DNA of 54,758 bases, from positions 1-54,758 of the IMG/VR virus record IMGVR_UViG_3300025771_000034; one strand, written 5' to 3'. The DNA comes from a virus (taxonomy: Duplodnaviria; Caudoviricetes). Positions 8,165 to 18,525 of the stretch are shown here, piece after piece (position 1 is the stretch's first letter; each line of letters opens with the position of its first letter). Made by a program: the position numbers and the translations under genes. Under the pieces are notes generated by a model that made no database searches, had not been told where the DNA came from, and was given only the letters and a program-made list of their open reading frames with translations.

Positions 8165-8994
8165 TAGAAATCTCCCTTTTCTTCCTTTCTTCTAGATATC
8201 TTAATATCTCCCTTAGGGGCCTCCTGACAGGCCTTTTGCACAGGGCAACTACCACACGGAACCTTTACTTTATTATTCTTATACGGAACCTCTGGGAGCT
8301 TCTGATCCTTCCATGCACCATACACCTCTTTCATCCAATCAAAGAGGTAGTCAACAAAGTCTACATGTCTCTGTGTAATATTTACAGGGATAGCAAGTAG
8401 ATCATGAGTATTTTTGTTCTCATACATTACTATGCCATTTTTCTTTTTAAATATTTTCATGTAAATAAGAAGCTGAACAATGTGGTATGTACTTGCTGTC
8501 ATACTCTTCTTATGACGCTCAAATGCATCATGGTTTGCTGTCTTAATCTCAACTAAATATTCTGAATCTTTCCACTTAATAATACTATCCAAAAAACCAA
8601 AGATGGGTGGGTCATCAAACACTACCTTCTCTTCGTTGACAAGCATTAGTCCTGCACTAGAAATGGCATCTTGAATTCTTTTGTGTCTGTCTGTGCCACT
8701 ATCCATGTTAGCCTGAGACTTGCCCTCACGCTCTTCATAAAAAGTGTTACCCTCAAATGCTAGATACCAATACCGTGGACACTTGCCGTGACCAAAAACA
8801 ATGGTGGAAGGAGAAAAGGTCTTCTTCTTCATATACTTAGGTTCATTGCTAGCAACATACCCCTTGTGAATAGCATCAACAAGGTCTGCAAATTCATCCT
8901 CTACATTGTCAGGCATTTGTGTTTGCCATTCTACTTCTTCTACAGCCTCTTTTGATTTACCCTTGACAATCTTAGATATTATATTTTTAGCCAT
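8164..8994 (-). CDS. Cas4-like PD-(D/E)XK exonuclease
   Basis: CPRYW, GTDRH, GFLD...VEIKT, QLLIY and C-terminal CxxC-x4-C. Start reassigned to ATG 8994 (AGGAG SD). Confidence 0.85.
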   Translation of the reverse strand: MAKNIISKIVKGKSKEAVEEVEWQTQMPDNVEDEFADLVDAIHKGYVASNEPKYMKKKTFSPSTIVFGHGKCPRYWYLAFEGNTFYEEREGKSQANMDSGTDRHKRIQDAISSAGLMLVNEEKVVFDDPPIFGFLDSIIKWKDSEYLVEIKTANHDAFERHKKSMTASTYHIVQLLIYMKIFKKKNGIVMYENKNTHDLLAIPVNITQRHVDFVDYLFDWMKEVYGAWKDQKLPEVPYKNNKVKVPCGSCPVQKACQEAPKGDIKISRRKEEKGDF

Positions 8995-9307
8995 GGTAGC
9001 TCCTAATTGTGTATTTAAGGGCATCCGATAACTTATCAAGTGCCTCTCTTGCTGAATAGTAAATATTTTTTTTAGCACGATCATCTTTTTTTACATTGGC
9101 ATACCATGAAGCTAGCATTGCAAATTTAGCAGAGTAGGCCTGAATCTGAATGATAAGCCTAGCAGCCTTGTCTGGAGGAATATCTGGCTTAGCAATTAGT
9201 TTAGCAATTGCGATAAGTGCTTGAGTTATTTCTTCATCTTGCATATATTCTGATAAATCATTAAAGTCATTAATTTGATTTATAATATCAATCGTGTTTT
9301 CGCTCAT
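8987..9307 (-). CDS. Hypothetical alpha-helical protein
   Basis: 106 aa, overlaps both neighbours in the operon. Confidence 0.7.
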   Translation of the reverse strand: MSENTIDIINQINDFNDLSEYMQDEEITQALIAIAKLIAKPDIPPDKAARLIIQIQAYSAKFAMLASWYANVKKDDRAKKNIYYSAREALDKLSDALKYTIRSYHG

Positions 9308-9599
9308 TATTCTCTCTTATCTCTCGTAACTCTTCAAACTCATTCCACTCAATTATAGCAAGCCTTGTCTTCTTTGTCTCTCCAAGAACTAACATTATTA
9401 CGGGAGATTTATTTGGATCTACTCTTAAAGTGTCTGTAACTATTTTACCCCATACATCCTTATTAACAGAAAATGATTTGCTATACTCTTTTACATCTAC
9501 AACATATCTGTCTAAGCTACCGTCGCCTTTTACCATTCCACGACCAGAATTTTTATGTGGCTTTGCACCAATACGCTTTAACTCGCCATGCTCACTCAT
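9288..9599 (-). CDS. Hjc-type PD-(D/E)XK Holliday junction resolvase-like nuclease
   Basis: E...NSGRG..KGD...VDVKE pattern. Start at ATG 9599 (GAGG SD, TGATG overlap). Confidence 0.7.
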   Translation of the reverse strand: MSEHGELKRIGAKPHKNSGRGMVKGDGSLDRYVVDVKEYSKSFSVNKDVWGKIVTDTLRVDPNKSPVIMLVLGETKKTRLAIIEWNEFEELREIRENNERKHD

Positions 9600-9772
9600 C
9601 AATATCCTCTTTCTTTTTCTATATTTACAGTGGATATTTGCTCGCAATATTTACACTTCCAGGTAATATCTAAAGTAGATGGGTAAAATCTAGACGAGTT
9701 TGCCTCTGAAGAGCAGCCCTGGCATAGAAATATTCCATGTATTACCTGATACTTATTCGATGATTTGGACAA
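9599..9772 (-). CDS. Small zinc-ribbon protein
   Basis: Two CxxC pairs (CQGC, CKYC). Likely TTG start at 9772 rather than 9865; start uncertain. Confidence 0.55.
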   Translation of the reverse strand: MSKSSNKYQVIHGIFLCQGCSSEANSSRFYPSTLDITWKCKYCEQISTVNIEKERGY

Positions 9773-10760
9773 GTTCTGCCGCCTTATCTGGATTTTGTCG
9801 TAGCCATTCGACCACCTTTGCTCTACCCTGGAACCTTTCTCCAAGAACTGTGTACCATGCGCCACCCTTTTCTATGTGTCCTAATTGCTCTGCAACGTCT
9901 ACAACTTCTGCAATGTTATCTACGCCAACAAAGTCACCAGAGAAATAGAAGTCGTACATGCCACTCTCAAAGGCTTTTCCTGTCTTGTTGTAGTCAATAG
10001 TCCAGGTGACTTGGCGACCTATCTTGCTTTGTATGACTTTATCTCCTACTTCTATCTTGCCCTGGATAGCATTCTTTTCTGACTCACTTGACCAAAGCTT
10101 GACGACTGTGCTAGAAAAAAACTTAACAGCATGACCCCCTGTGGGCTGGTGGCTTACAAACATCTGACCAATATTATTACGTTGCTGAGATATAAGAACT
10201 AGCAATGTTTGCTTAGTCTGATTGTTTGCATAGTTAAGCATCTTGACAGCGTTTGTCATATCCCGTGCCTCTGCACCGATTTGCTTAGTATTCTCTAACT
10301 GTTTTAGTTCATCAGAGTCTTTCTCAAAGTAGATAGCAGGAAGCAGGGCAGAGATAGAATCAACAACAATAATATCTACGCCAGCAGACATAAGTTGTGT
10401 GGCAACATCAACCATGTCGTTGATTGTCCTGGCAGGAGAATATATAAGGCTCTCTGAGTCTACTCCTAGCCTCTGTGCCCACTTAGGATCATATGATTGC
10501 TCTGAGTCAATCCACGCACATATCTTTCCTTCTTTCTGTGCCTGACCAATCATTTGCAAGCAAAACGACGACTTGCCAGCAGACTTATTGCCCCAAATAA
10601 GAACCTGCCTGCCATAAGCGAGGCCACCATTTAGTTGCTTATTTAGCCCAACGCTGGGTGTCTTTTGCATTATGACCTCAATATCTGAGGCAGCAGACAC
10701 TTTCTTTCTAAGCTTTGGATCTATTTGTGAAAGAACTTCTTCCATTGCCTCACTAATCAC
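9753..10760 (-). CDS. recA: RecA/UvsX-like recombinase
   Basis: GGLAYGR, Walker A GNKSAGKS, IVVDS, ISQQR, PTGGHAVKFF and C-terminal GAWY...FQG. Confidence 0.92.
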   Translation of the reverse strand: MISEAMEEVLSQIDPKLRKKVSAASDIEVIMQKTPSVGLNKQLNGGLAYGRQVLIWGNKSAGKSSFCLQMIGQAQKEGKICAWIDSEQSYDPKWAQRLGVDSESLIYSPARTINDMVDVATQLMSAGVDIIVVDSISALLPAIYFEKDSDELKQLENTKQIGAEARDMTNAVKMLNYANNQTKQTLLVLISQQRNNIGQMFVSHQPTGGHAVKFFSSTVVKLWSSESEKNAIQGKIEVGDKVIQSKIGRQVTWTIDYNKTGKAFESGMYDFYFSGDFVGVDNIAEVVDVAEQLGHIEKGGAWYTVLGERFQGRAKVVEWLRQNPDKAAELVQIIE

Positions 10761-11107
10761 GCTAATACTCCATGCATCGCTGGACGCTCCTTGTTCTTTT
10801 CCATCTTGTTTACAACGGCCTTTGCTAAAGACTTATTTGTATACTGTGTCATAGAAAGAAATGCCCAAAAGTCTAGGACACGAATGATAATGTCAGCCAA
10901 CTCTTCAACAACAACATCGTCGCCCTTCTCTTTCCTCATAGCCTCTAAAACTTCTGATACCTCACTATGAATCATAGCCAGTTGCTTTAAATAAAACACT
11001 ATCCTGTCTGCCTCATCCATGTGTAAGTATGGCTCATAGAACCCCTTCTTTACTGCTCCTGAGTGCAGAGTAAAGGCTAGATCATCCATATCTTTTAAAT
11101 AACTCAT
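10757..11107 (-). CDS. MazG-like nucleotide pyrophosphohydrolase
   Basis: IHSEVSEVLEA...EELADIIIR..D...KM..N..R pattern. Confidence 0.85.
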   Translation of the reverse strand: MSYLKDMDDLAFTLHSGAVKKGFYEPYLHMDEADRIVFYLKQLAMIHSEVSEVLEAMRKEKGDDVVVEELADIIIRVLDFWAFLSMTQYTNKSLAKAVVNKMEKNKERPAMHGVLA

Positions 11108-14100
11108 GATATTACTTCCTTCAAAATGGTAGTTCCTTCTTTTGTTTTTGATAGCTCAATCTTAACGACTGTACCTTCTTCACACTTCATATATGCTTGT
11201 GCAAATTGTGATGGGAAAACTGTTACAGCAATCATTTCACGATCAGCGGTTGCTATTGTCATGTTAGCCATTTTCTTACCCGCCTTTGTTATTCTAGGAT
11301 TAAACGATAGCACAAAAACCTCGTCTTGTCCAAAGGGTATTTGCTTATAGTTGAGGAACCTAATCATGGGACTTGTCTTGTAACTATCAAGTTCATCAAT
11401 TGGAATTGCCTCCGCAACCCTATTGGCTGATGCAAGAATTAGGTACGTCTTTCCCGTTTCTATCGTAGTGTCCTCAGGCGCAAATATTCCTACTGATCCC
11501 GTCTTGTCTAGTAGTTCAACACGCGACCAGCCCTTACCACGCTTTATATTTTTGACAACGCCTAGAAGAATGTGTGACCCGTCTTCTTCATAATCTTCAG
11601 AGTTGTCAATATACGCATAATAGTGATTAGGAACATTTATGTTGAATTCTGGCAGGTTAAGATATTCGTAAAGGTTTTCTCTTACCCTCTTTTCATCCCG
11701 TGGATTATCGTCAAAGGTCAATGCACCAACGGCATTCATGGCCTCTATTGCACGACTATTGATCCCGCTACCCTTCTTAAATGCGGCATCACGAACTTCT
11801 TGGTAAGAATTAAATGGCCTAGCAGCAATAATGTTTGACGAAACTTTATCAGATAGCCACTTGATAGAAGATAGTCCAAACCTAATTGCTTTACCCTCAA
11901 TAGAGAAATCAATCTCTGATTCATTGACATGGGGAAGCCTTAGTGGAATTCCCATACGCTTGGCCTCAATAAGATACTCTGTCCTTGAGTCCTTATCCTT
12001 TTCATTGCTAAGGACAGAATACATAAACTCAATAGGGTAGTAGAACTTGAGCCAAGCTGTCCAGTAAGAAAGCATTGAGTATGCAACGGCGTGAGACTTA
12101 TTAAATGAGTACCCTGCATGTGCCTCAAAGTCGTGCCACATATTATCTGCCTGGAATGGACTAATGTATGCCGATGCATTTCTAATAAACTTATCCTTGA
12201 ATACATCAAGCTCTTTAGCGTCTTTCTTCTTACCAATAATCTTGCGAACCTTGTCAGCCTCTGCGAATGTCATGCCTCCGACTGTGGTACACGCCTGCAT
12301 AACCTGCTCCTGATAAAGAATCTGACCATAAGTATCTTCTAGGAATGGCCTCATTACTGAATGGGGATACTCAACAATATTTTTACCACTCTTTCTAGCA
12401 ATGTATTCCTTTCCAATAGTATTCATGGCTCCTGGGCGAACAAGGGCGTTAGAAGCCACTAGTTCATCAAAGTTCTTAACACCCATCTTTATAAGAAGGT
12501 TAGTATATGGAGTTGCTTCACATTGAAACACTCCCTTGGTATTTCCCTCAGAAAGCATTCGATATACTTCTCTATCTTTTAGATCAATAGTATTAAGATC
12601 AATGTCTATACCGTTTCTTTCCTTGATAGTCCTTAGAGTATCTTGAATAACAGTAAGAGTCTTTAGCCCAAGGGCATCAATCTTAATCAGGCCAATGTCT
12701 GCTGCTTCATCCATATCTACAGCAACAACAGGAATACGAGTCTTAGTACCCGTTACAGTTCTAGTTTCCATTGGAGCGTACTTATGAATAGCATCCTTTG
12801 CAGTTACAACTCCTGCAGCATGGACCCCTGTACCACGAATACGACCACGCAATTGCTCTGCGTATATCTGAACATCTGGATACTTTTCTCTAAACCATTC
12901 TGTTGAATTAGAACTAATAAAATCTTCCCATGTGTCAACAAGCTTGAGTGCCTTATTCACATCTGGCAAAGGAACATGAAGTGCCCTAGCAACGTCACGC
13001 ACAACGCCCTTGTCCTTAAACATCAGGAAGGTAGTAATAGAGGCTACATTCTTGTATTCTTTCTCTAGGTATTCCTTAACCTCTTCACGACGGCTATCCT
13101 GGATATCAGTATCAATATCTGGAAAGTCATTTCGCTCAGGATTAATAAATCGGAAGAACAAAAGTCCATACTTAATTGGGTCTACTTCTGTAATACCTAG
13201 TGCATAACAGACGAGAGAGCCTGCAGCAGATCCTCGTCCTGGCCCAACCATAATACCTTGTTCCTTAGACCATGAGATCATATTGCTAACAACAAGGAAG
13301 TAGGGTGCAAACTCTTTGTCATTAATGATAGATAGTTCTTCGTCTACCCTGGCTAGATATTCTTCATCTTTGTCTAGCCCCCTAGACTTAAGGCCATCTA
13401 TGACAAGATTTCTCAACTCATCTTCTGGATTCTTTACCTTGATTGGAAGAAGATTAAGGTTACTCTTTAGCTTATAGTCTTCAACCTTCTCTGCAATCTC
13501 AAGGGTGTTAGAATAAATGCTATCATCAAACTTCTGCTCTTTCTCCATACCCTCTCGCATCTCTTCATATGAAAGGAGATGGATATCAAAACTACGGAAT
13601 GACATAGGACGATCTTCACCATAAAGATAGTCAAGACGCTTCATCAAGTCAGGTATCTTGGCAGACTTCTCATAACTAACGTCTTTTTGTATCTTGGCAT
13701 GTGTGTTGAGTGCAAGCATAATTTCTTGAATTACCTTTTGATCTGTCGTACAATGATGACAGTCAGGGGTAACGATGCACTTAGCACCCATTTCATTAGC
13801 AAGATTATAAAGCTCTGTGTTCATACCAGCAACGTTGTGTGGCATAAGTTCTACATAAAAGTCATCGCCAAAGCGATCCATAAACCACTTGATATGATTC
13901 TTGGCAACAGCATAATCATCTACTTCAATAGCCTTATTGATAAGGCCTGACATGCAGGCAGAGGAAACAATAAGACCGTCACCATACTTATCAAGAACCT
14001 CAAAATCAATTCGTGGCTTCTTGTAAAATCCCTCTGTCCAACCAATCTCATTGAGAGTATTAAGATTCTGTAGTCCCTGTGGATCTTTAGCAAGGATTAC

Positions 14101-14379
14101 GATGTGATTGTAAATAAGGTCTAGTGGTGTTGTTCTTTCTGTCTTATCACGCTTATCAAAACGATCAGCAGTAATGTATCCCTCTACACCAAGAATGGGC
14201 TTGACTCCCTGCTCTTTTGCAGCCCTGTACATTGGCCTATGACCAGAAAGAACACCGTGGTCTGTAATGGCTAGGGCTGGCATCCCCAGAGAAGCAGCAC
14301 GCTTAGCATACTCCTCTGGGGTTGCAACCCCGTCCATAAGACTATAATGCGAATGAACGTGAAGTGGTGCGTAATTCAA
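11104..14379 (-). CDS. dnaE: DNA polymerase III alpha subunit (DnaE-like)
   Basis: PHP domain HVHSHYSLMDG/TDHG, GPGRGSAAGS, PDIDTD, HAAG, KIDALGL, YSFNKSH; TTG start. Confidence 0.96.
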   Translation of the reverse strand: MNYAPLHVHSHYSLMDGVATPEEYAKRAASLGMPALAITDHGVLSGHRPMYRAAKEQGVKPILGVEGYITADRFDKRDKTERTTPLDLIYNHIVILAKDPQGLQNLNTLNEIGWTEGFYKKPRIDFEVLDKYGDGLIVSSACMSGLINKAIEVDDYAVAKNHIKWFMDRFGDDFYVELMPHNVAGMNTELYNLANEMGAKCIVTPDCHHCTTDQKVIQEIMLALNTHAKIQKDVSYEKSAKIPDLMKRLDYLYGEDRPMSFRSFDIHLLSYEEMREGMEKEQKFDDSIYSNTLEIAEKVEDYKLKSNLNLLPIKVKNPEDELRNLVIDGLKSRGLDKDEEYLARVDEELSIINDKEFAPYFLVVSNMISWSKEQGIMVGPGRGSAAGSLVCYALGITEVDPIKYGLLFFRFINPERNDFPDIDTDIQDSRREEVKEYLEKEYKNVASITTFLMFKDKGVVRDVARALHVPLPDVNKALKLVDTWEDFISSNSTEWFREKYPDVQIYAEQLRGRIRGTGVHAAGVVTAKDAIHKYAPMETRTVTGTKTRIPVVAVDMDEAADIGLIKIDALGLKTLTVIQDTLRTIKERNGIDIDLNTIDLKDREVYRMLSEGNTKGVFQCEATPYTNLLIKMGVKNFDELVASNALVRPGAMNTIGKEYIARKSGKNIVEYPHSVMRPFLEDTYGQILYQEQVMQACTTVGGMTFAEADKVRKIIGKKKDAKELDVFKDKFIRNASAYISPFQADNMWHDFEAHAGYSFNKSHAVAYSMLSYWTAWLKFYYPIEFMYSVLSNEKDKDSRTEYLIEAKRMGIPLRLPHVNESEIDFSIEGKAIRFGLSSIKWLSDKVSSNIIAARPFNSYQEVRDAAFKKGSGINSRAIEAMNAVGALTFDDNPRDEKRVRENLYEYLNLPEFNINVPNHYYAYIDNSEDYEEDGSHILLGVVKNIKRGKGWSRVELLDKTGSVGIFAPEDTTIETGKTYLILASANRVAEAIPIDELDSYKTSPMIRFLNYKQIPFGQDEVFVLSFNPRITKAGKKMANMTIATADREMIAVTVFPSQFAQAYMKCEEGTVVKIELSKTKEGTTILKEVIS

Positions 14380-14382
14380 GGC

Positions 14383-15033
14383 TTACCAATCAACCGTAGT
14401 TGATGTTGCTGGATTGTCAAATCCAAGGTAGAAAGACTCTTGATCAACATAAGGAACCTGTCTAATCGCAGACTCTAATGCATATGCCTCAATTCCAGAC
14501 CAGTCAAACTCTTCTATGTCTGGTGCGCCTGGAATGAGAGTATAATTTGTCTCTGTGCCCATACCATTTCTTTTAAGCTTCCATGTCATATTTGTGATGC
14601 CCTCTGCATCCATTGCATATTCACGAATAGTAGAAAATGTTGCAGACTTTGCAACACCCATGCTCCATACTGCGACGTATGGGTCTTCAATTCCATCATC
14701 AACAATAACATTGGTATAAAAGCGTAGCCTTGGCCTCCATCCAGCCTTCATATCCTTACGATGCATTTCGCATCCAAAGCAACGGCCCTCATCTTCTAGA
14801 CTGCATACAGCCTTACGCTTATAGTCCTTTGGATTAGTATGTTCGCTTACAACAATTGCTAAACCACGGTCTTCGTTATAAAACTTAGAGTCTTCATCAA
14901 TCTCATTGACAAAGCGAATCTTTGTGCTTTGACCATCTTCCATTCTTAGCCATCGTACTTTGCTTTCTGTTCCGCCCGTCTTTGGCTTATCTAGAACAGC
15001 TTCAATGTTCTTTAGCCCCTTAATAATTCCCAT
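14383..15033 (-). CDS. Single-stranded DNA-binding protein (gp32-like)
   Basis: Between primase and polymerase; IRF, H...C...CxxC, KR.G.G..T.Y motifs; acidic/aromatic C-terminus. Confidence 0.7.
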   Translation of the reverse strand: MGIIKGLKNIEAVLDKPKTGGTESKVRWLRMEDGQSTKIRFVNEIDEDSKFYNEDRGLAIVVSEHTNPKDYKRKAVCSLEDEGRCFGCEMHRKDMKAGWRPRLRFYTNVIVDDGIEDPYVAVWSMGVAKSATFSTIREYAMDAEGITNMTWKLKRNGMGTETNYTLIPGAPDIEEFDWSGIEAYALESAIRQVPYVDQESFYLGFDNPATSTTVDW

Positions 15034-15045
15034 ATATCATCTCTC

Positions 15046-15996
15046 CTATTGTAATATGTAATGTATCTCGTTATCAAATGTATTTATAAATGTTTTTAGT
15101 TGTTCGTCATCCAAGTCAGAAACGTCTTTAACAGTATCAGGTAGATCGCCCTGTATTACTATGCTACCAAGGGACATTGATAACTTTTCTTTCATATCCC
15201 TTCCTGCGTCGTCGTTGTCTGACACTACGATTATACTAGTAAAATACTTTTTTAGCAAGTCCTTTTGCTTATTAGAAATATTTGATCCTAGTGTCGCCAA
15301 TGCCTTACCGCCCACTTGTTCAATGCGGATAGCATCAAAGGATGATTCTACCAGGAATATCTTGTTGGCAGCTTTGTTTCTTTGGATATTGAACATAGTT
15401 TTAGATCGTGGGAGTCCTGGGGTATTCTTGAACTCCTTGCCCTCTACAGACCTACCTACCATTCCTACACAAATACTATCAGGCGAGTAGATGGGAATGG
15501 TAATCATATCCTGCTTTTCTGAATATCCTATCTTATATTTTTCTACGCTATCTTTAGTAATGCCTCTGCCCTTTAGATAACCTGCTGCCCTATAAGACAC
15601 AAGAGCAGCATCATTTAGCCTTAATACGACTCCTTCATCAAACTCTGGATATTCTGGCTTTTTGTCTAATATCTTAAGCAAGTCAACCTCTATATTGTCT
15701 TCTGCTTTCTTGGAATAAATAAGACGCATTGCCTCAAAGTAATTTCTTTTTGAGCAGAACATTACGAGCTGAACTAAATCGCGTGACTCATGGCATCCAA
15801 AGCAATAGAAATCTCCTGATGTTTTAGATACTTCTGCTGCTGGTGTTCTATGGTTGTTATGATATGGGCAGTAAATTATAAAGTCTGACTCAATCTCTTG
15901 GACAATATCTATGCCGCAGGCCAGGAGTGTTCTTCTGACTTGCTCTTCTGAGTAGAATTCGATATTAGCTTGTTTTTGTCCACCCCATCGAACCAT
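15046..15996 (-). CDS. DNA primase (DnaG-like)
   Basis: CPYH...CFGC zinc finger; TOPRIM LVESSFD and DNDDAG. Confidence 0.9.
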   Translation of the reverse strand: MVRWGGQKQANIEFYSEEQVRRTLLACGIDIVQEIESDFIIYCPYHNNHRTPAAEVSKTSGDFYCFGCHESRDLVQLVMFCSKRNYFEAMRLIYSKKAEDNIEVDLLKILDKKPEYPEFDEGVVLRLNDAALVSYRAAGYLKGRGITKDSVEKYKIGYSEKQDMITIPIYSPDSICVGMVGRSVEGKEFKNTPGLPRSKTMFNIQRNKAANKIFLVESSFDAIRIEQVGGKALATLGSNISNKQKDLLKKYFTSIIVVSDNDDAGRDMKEKLSMSLGSIVIQGDLPDTVKDVSDLDDEQLKTFINTFDNEIHYILQ

Positions 15997-16232
15997 TGCG
16001 CCCTCTTCTTTCCTACAAATACTCCGTATACCGATAACTTAAAGTCGAATGATTTTCCATTGTACATGATGGTAAAGTCAGGGTCAATATCATATCTAAT
16101 CAAATAACCTTTCGTTTTCATCATCATTGTTAGCATGAATATATGTTCATTTTTTATTCGGGGAATAGAAGATTCATCATAGATTTGTCCTTCTAGTTCG
16201 AACCTTTTAATCCCTTTGTGTACAATTGTCAT
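15909..16232 (-). CDS. Hypothetical protein
   Basis: Likely start ATG 16232 (TATAAT 6 nt upstream); overlaps the primase 5' end. Confidence 0.65.
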   Translation of the reverse strand: MTIVHKGIKRFELEGQIYDESSIPRIKNEHIFMLTMMMKTKGYLIRYDIDPDFTIMYNGKSFDFKLSVYGVFVGKKRAQWFDGVDKNKLISNSTQKSKSEEHSWPAA

Positions 16233-16251
16233 AGGATAATTATACTGGACT

Positions 16252-17472
16252 TTATTGGTCCTCAAAATCTTTGTATAAGAATCTGCCCTTGTCAAAGTCT
16301 ACCTGTACTAAAAACTCTCCAAGGTAGCCGTGTCTATTTTTTCTAAAGCAAGCCTCAAGAATATCAGAGGACGCTTCACGGCCAAGTGCCAAAACCCAAT
16401 CGGCATCATAAGCCAACTGCTTTGACCATGAAACCTGACCCAAAGTTGGAACAGTATTCATATTCTTTGCATCATCAGGTGTTGCAGAAGCAATTGCAAT
16501 AATAGGAGTCTGCTCCGATATAGCAAGAATTTTTAATTCACGACTAATGTTCTTAATCTTTACTACCTCATTATCCGTTGGCGTATTAGACTGCATAAGC
16601 TGAATATAGTCAACAAACACTATGTCTGGTGAGTATTGGTCTATTTTGCCCCGCAAAACTGCTGGAGTTACCTCGCCCAATCCATCATTAGAAACAATCT
16701 GAAAGGAGGGCATATTATTTAAATATTTATTACCCCAACGCTGAAACTCTTCAATATCAATTTCTCCAGCACTAATCTTACGATGAGAGAACTGACCCCC
16801 TGCCATAATAGTATAGGCACGATTACGAACCTCGCTCTCTGTCATCTCTAGAGATACAAAGAGTGGCTTTTTGCCATTCTTCCATGCCTGCACAGCAAGA
16901 TACAATGCAAGCCACGACTTACCAATAGCAGGATAAGCAAGAAGAATTCCAAACTGCCCTGGCATAATTCCAGAAGGTAGGTAGTTATCAAATCCTGCCA
17001 GACCTGTTTTAATGCCATGAGCACCAAGCCTATTTAGTTCTTCAATGTGTTTGAAGTATGCTACAGCATCATCTACATCTACAACGTCAATATCACGAAC
17101 CTCTGCAGAGCCACGCTTAAGGTCAGAACTTTGAGAAATAAGGGTATTAAGAGCATCTTGAACCTTGTTTTCCTGGAGCTGTGATGCACTAGTTTTTAGC
17201 AACTCCCTAATTTTACCGTCAAGGAAGTTTGTTCTTAGTTCGTCTACATGGTGCTTGGTAGCACCCACATCTTTTACTGGCTCAAAGTCTCTAAACTTTT
17301 CTACAACAATAGATGACGGAGGAACAGACATATTCTTCTCATAGTATGTCCTGATAAATTCCCAAACATCTCCATGTGTTCTGAATAATGAATCTGGATT
17401 TGCTTGCAATAAAACATGAATTTGCTTGTCTTCAAGGACTGCAGATAATACTTTTGCCTCTAGGTCATCCAT
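16252..17472 (-). CDS. dnaB: DnaB-like replicative helicase
   Basis: Walker A AYPAIGKS, SLEM, VDYIQLM, YDAD and KNRHG. Start at ATG 17472 (TAATG overlap). Confidence 0.92.
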   Translation of the reverse strand: MDDLEAKVLSAVLEDKQIHVLLQANPDSLFRTHGDVWEFIRTYYEKNMSVPPSSIVVEKFRDFEPVKDVGATKHHVDELRTNFLDGKIRELLKTSASQLQENKVQDALNTLISQSSDLKRGSAEVRDIDVVDVDDAVAYFKHIEELNRLGAHGIKTGLAGFDNYLPSGIMPGQFGILLAYPAIGKSWLALYLAVQAWKNGKKPLFVSLEMTESEVRNRAYTIMAGGQFSHRKISAGEIDIEEFQRWGNKYLNNMPSFQIVSNDGLGEVTPAVLRGKIDQYSPDIVFVDYIQLMQSNTPTDNEVVKIKNISRELKILAISEQTPIIAIASATPDDAKNMNTVPTLGQVSWSKQLAYDADWVLALGREASSDILEACFRKNRHGYLGEFLVQVDFDKGRFLYKDFEDQ

Positions 17473-17780
17473 TAAGTCTCCAACCATTCCTTAGCACCTT
17501 TTCGTAAACGTTCTCTTAGTATCCGATCATCATCTTCTAATGTCTTAGATTGTAGCAGCCTATCAGAGTTGTACGCAAACCATGTCCAGTCTGGTGAGGC
17601 TGAGACAACAAAATAATAATCTACTAAATCCTTACACTCCTGATATCCATATGATTCTATAAGTGCTTCTGCAGCCCATTGCTGAGAATGAATATTAATC
17701 GGTTGTAAGGGAGCATTGTTTTCCTTTGCTACTTTTTTAAAATAGCTTATAAGAGAGTATCTTTGCTTCTTATCAACCAT
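17472..17780 (-). CDS. Hypothetical protein
   Basis: 102 aa, stop/start overlaps on both sides. Confidence 0.7.
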   Translation of the reverse strand: MVDKKQRYSLISYFKKVAKENNAPLQPINIHSQQWAAEALIESYGYQECKDLVDYYFVVSASPDWTWFAYNSDRLLQSKTLEDDDRILRERLRKGAKEWLET

Positions 17781-17980
17781 TAATCCATTTCCCGCTTAGC
17801 TTCCTCAATCCTACTCATAACTTTGCCCTCTACAAAGTCATAAACGCGATTCATTGCGGTATCTACATCTTCATCTTGACGAACATAGTCAGTACATCCG
17901 AGATCTACCCTCAGACTCTGAAAATTTCCAAGATTGAGCGTGTATCCAAGGTTTACAGTAACCTCTGTTTTTTCTGACAT
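17780..17980 (-). CDS. Hypothetical protein
   Basis: 66 aa from ATG 17980 (AGGAG SD); YTLNLGNFQSLRVD motif seen in small phage proteins. Confidence 0.7.
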   Translation of the reverse strand: MSEKTEVTVNLGYTLNLGNFQSLRVDLGCTDYVRQDEDVDTAMNRVYDFVEGKVMSRIEEAKREMD

Positions 17981-17988
17981 TTTTTCTC

Positions 17989-18525
17989 CTAATATGTTTG
18001 TTCTGACCAAACAGGGACAAAATCCCCATCCTTTGTCCTTGTATATAACATCAAGGCATCACCCATCTTAGCACGCAATTCTTGCTCAGTCAATACGCTG
18101 TTGGATATTTTCCCATCTTTTCTTGGTCTACCCCTATGAATTGTTGACATAACCTCTCTAATTTTAAATATGTCGTCCTCTGAATAATAAGATAGTTTAG
18201 TAAACATCCTTTCCCCACCTGGCTGGGTTCCAGTTGGCGGATCAATTAATCCCTCGTTTATATATCTATATATTTGTGCTGGACCACGATTTAAAAGTCT
18301 TGCTGTATCTGCCAAAGTATAGGCTCTTTTTTTATGCCTTTTAAAATCTGATAAAAGCATAGATACTTCTTTTTGATTAATCAAGTCAAACAGGTTTACG
18401 ATATTCGCACCTCTATTTGTGTTTAATAACCTTACTAATATACCGTCTATGAAAAAGATGGTTCTTGCTGGAGCTACCTGCCATTCACCTGTTTGGCTGT
18501 CTCTTTTTCTTTTTTTTCTAGCCAT
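17989..18525 (-). CDS. MerR-like HTH DNA-binding protein
   Basis: YTLADTARLLNR....IYRY...GLI.PP...YYSEDDI; AT-hook-like GRPRKD. Confidence 0.7.
   Translation of the reverse strand: MARKKRKRDSQTGEWQVAPARTIFFIDGILVRLLNTNRGANIVNLFDLINQKEVSMLLSDFKRHKKRAYTLADTARLLNRGPAQIYRYINEGLIDPPTGTQPGGERMFTKLSYYSEDDIFKIREVMSTIHRGRPRKDGKISNSVLTEQELRAKMGDALMLYTRTKDGDFVPVWSEQTY

Noticed and set aside
8164-8994. Cas4 as evidence of a CRISPR-Cas system
   Set aside because: No repeat-spacer array or other cas genes seen; solo Cas4-like nucleases are common in phage recombination blocks.
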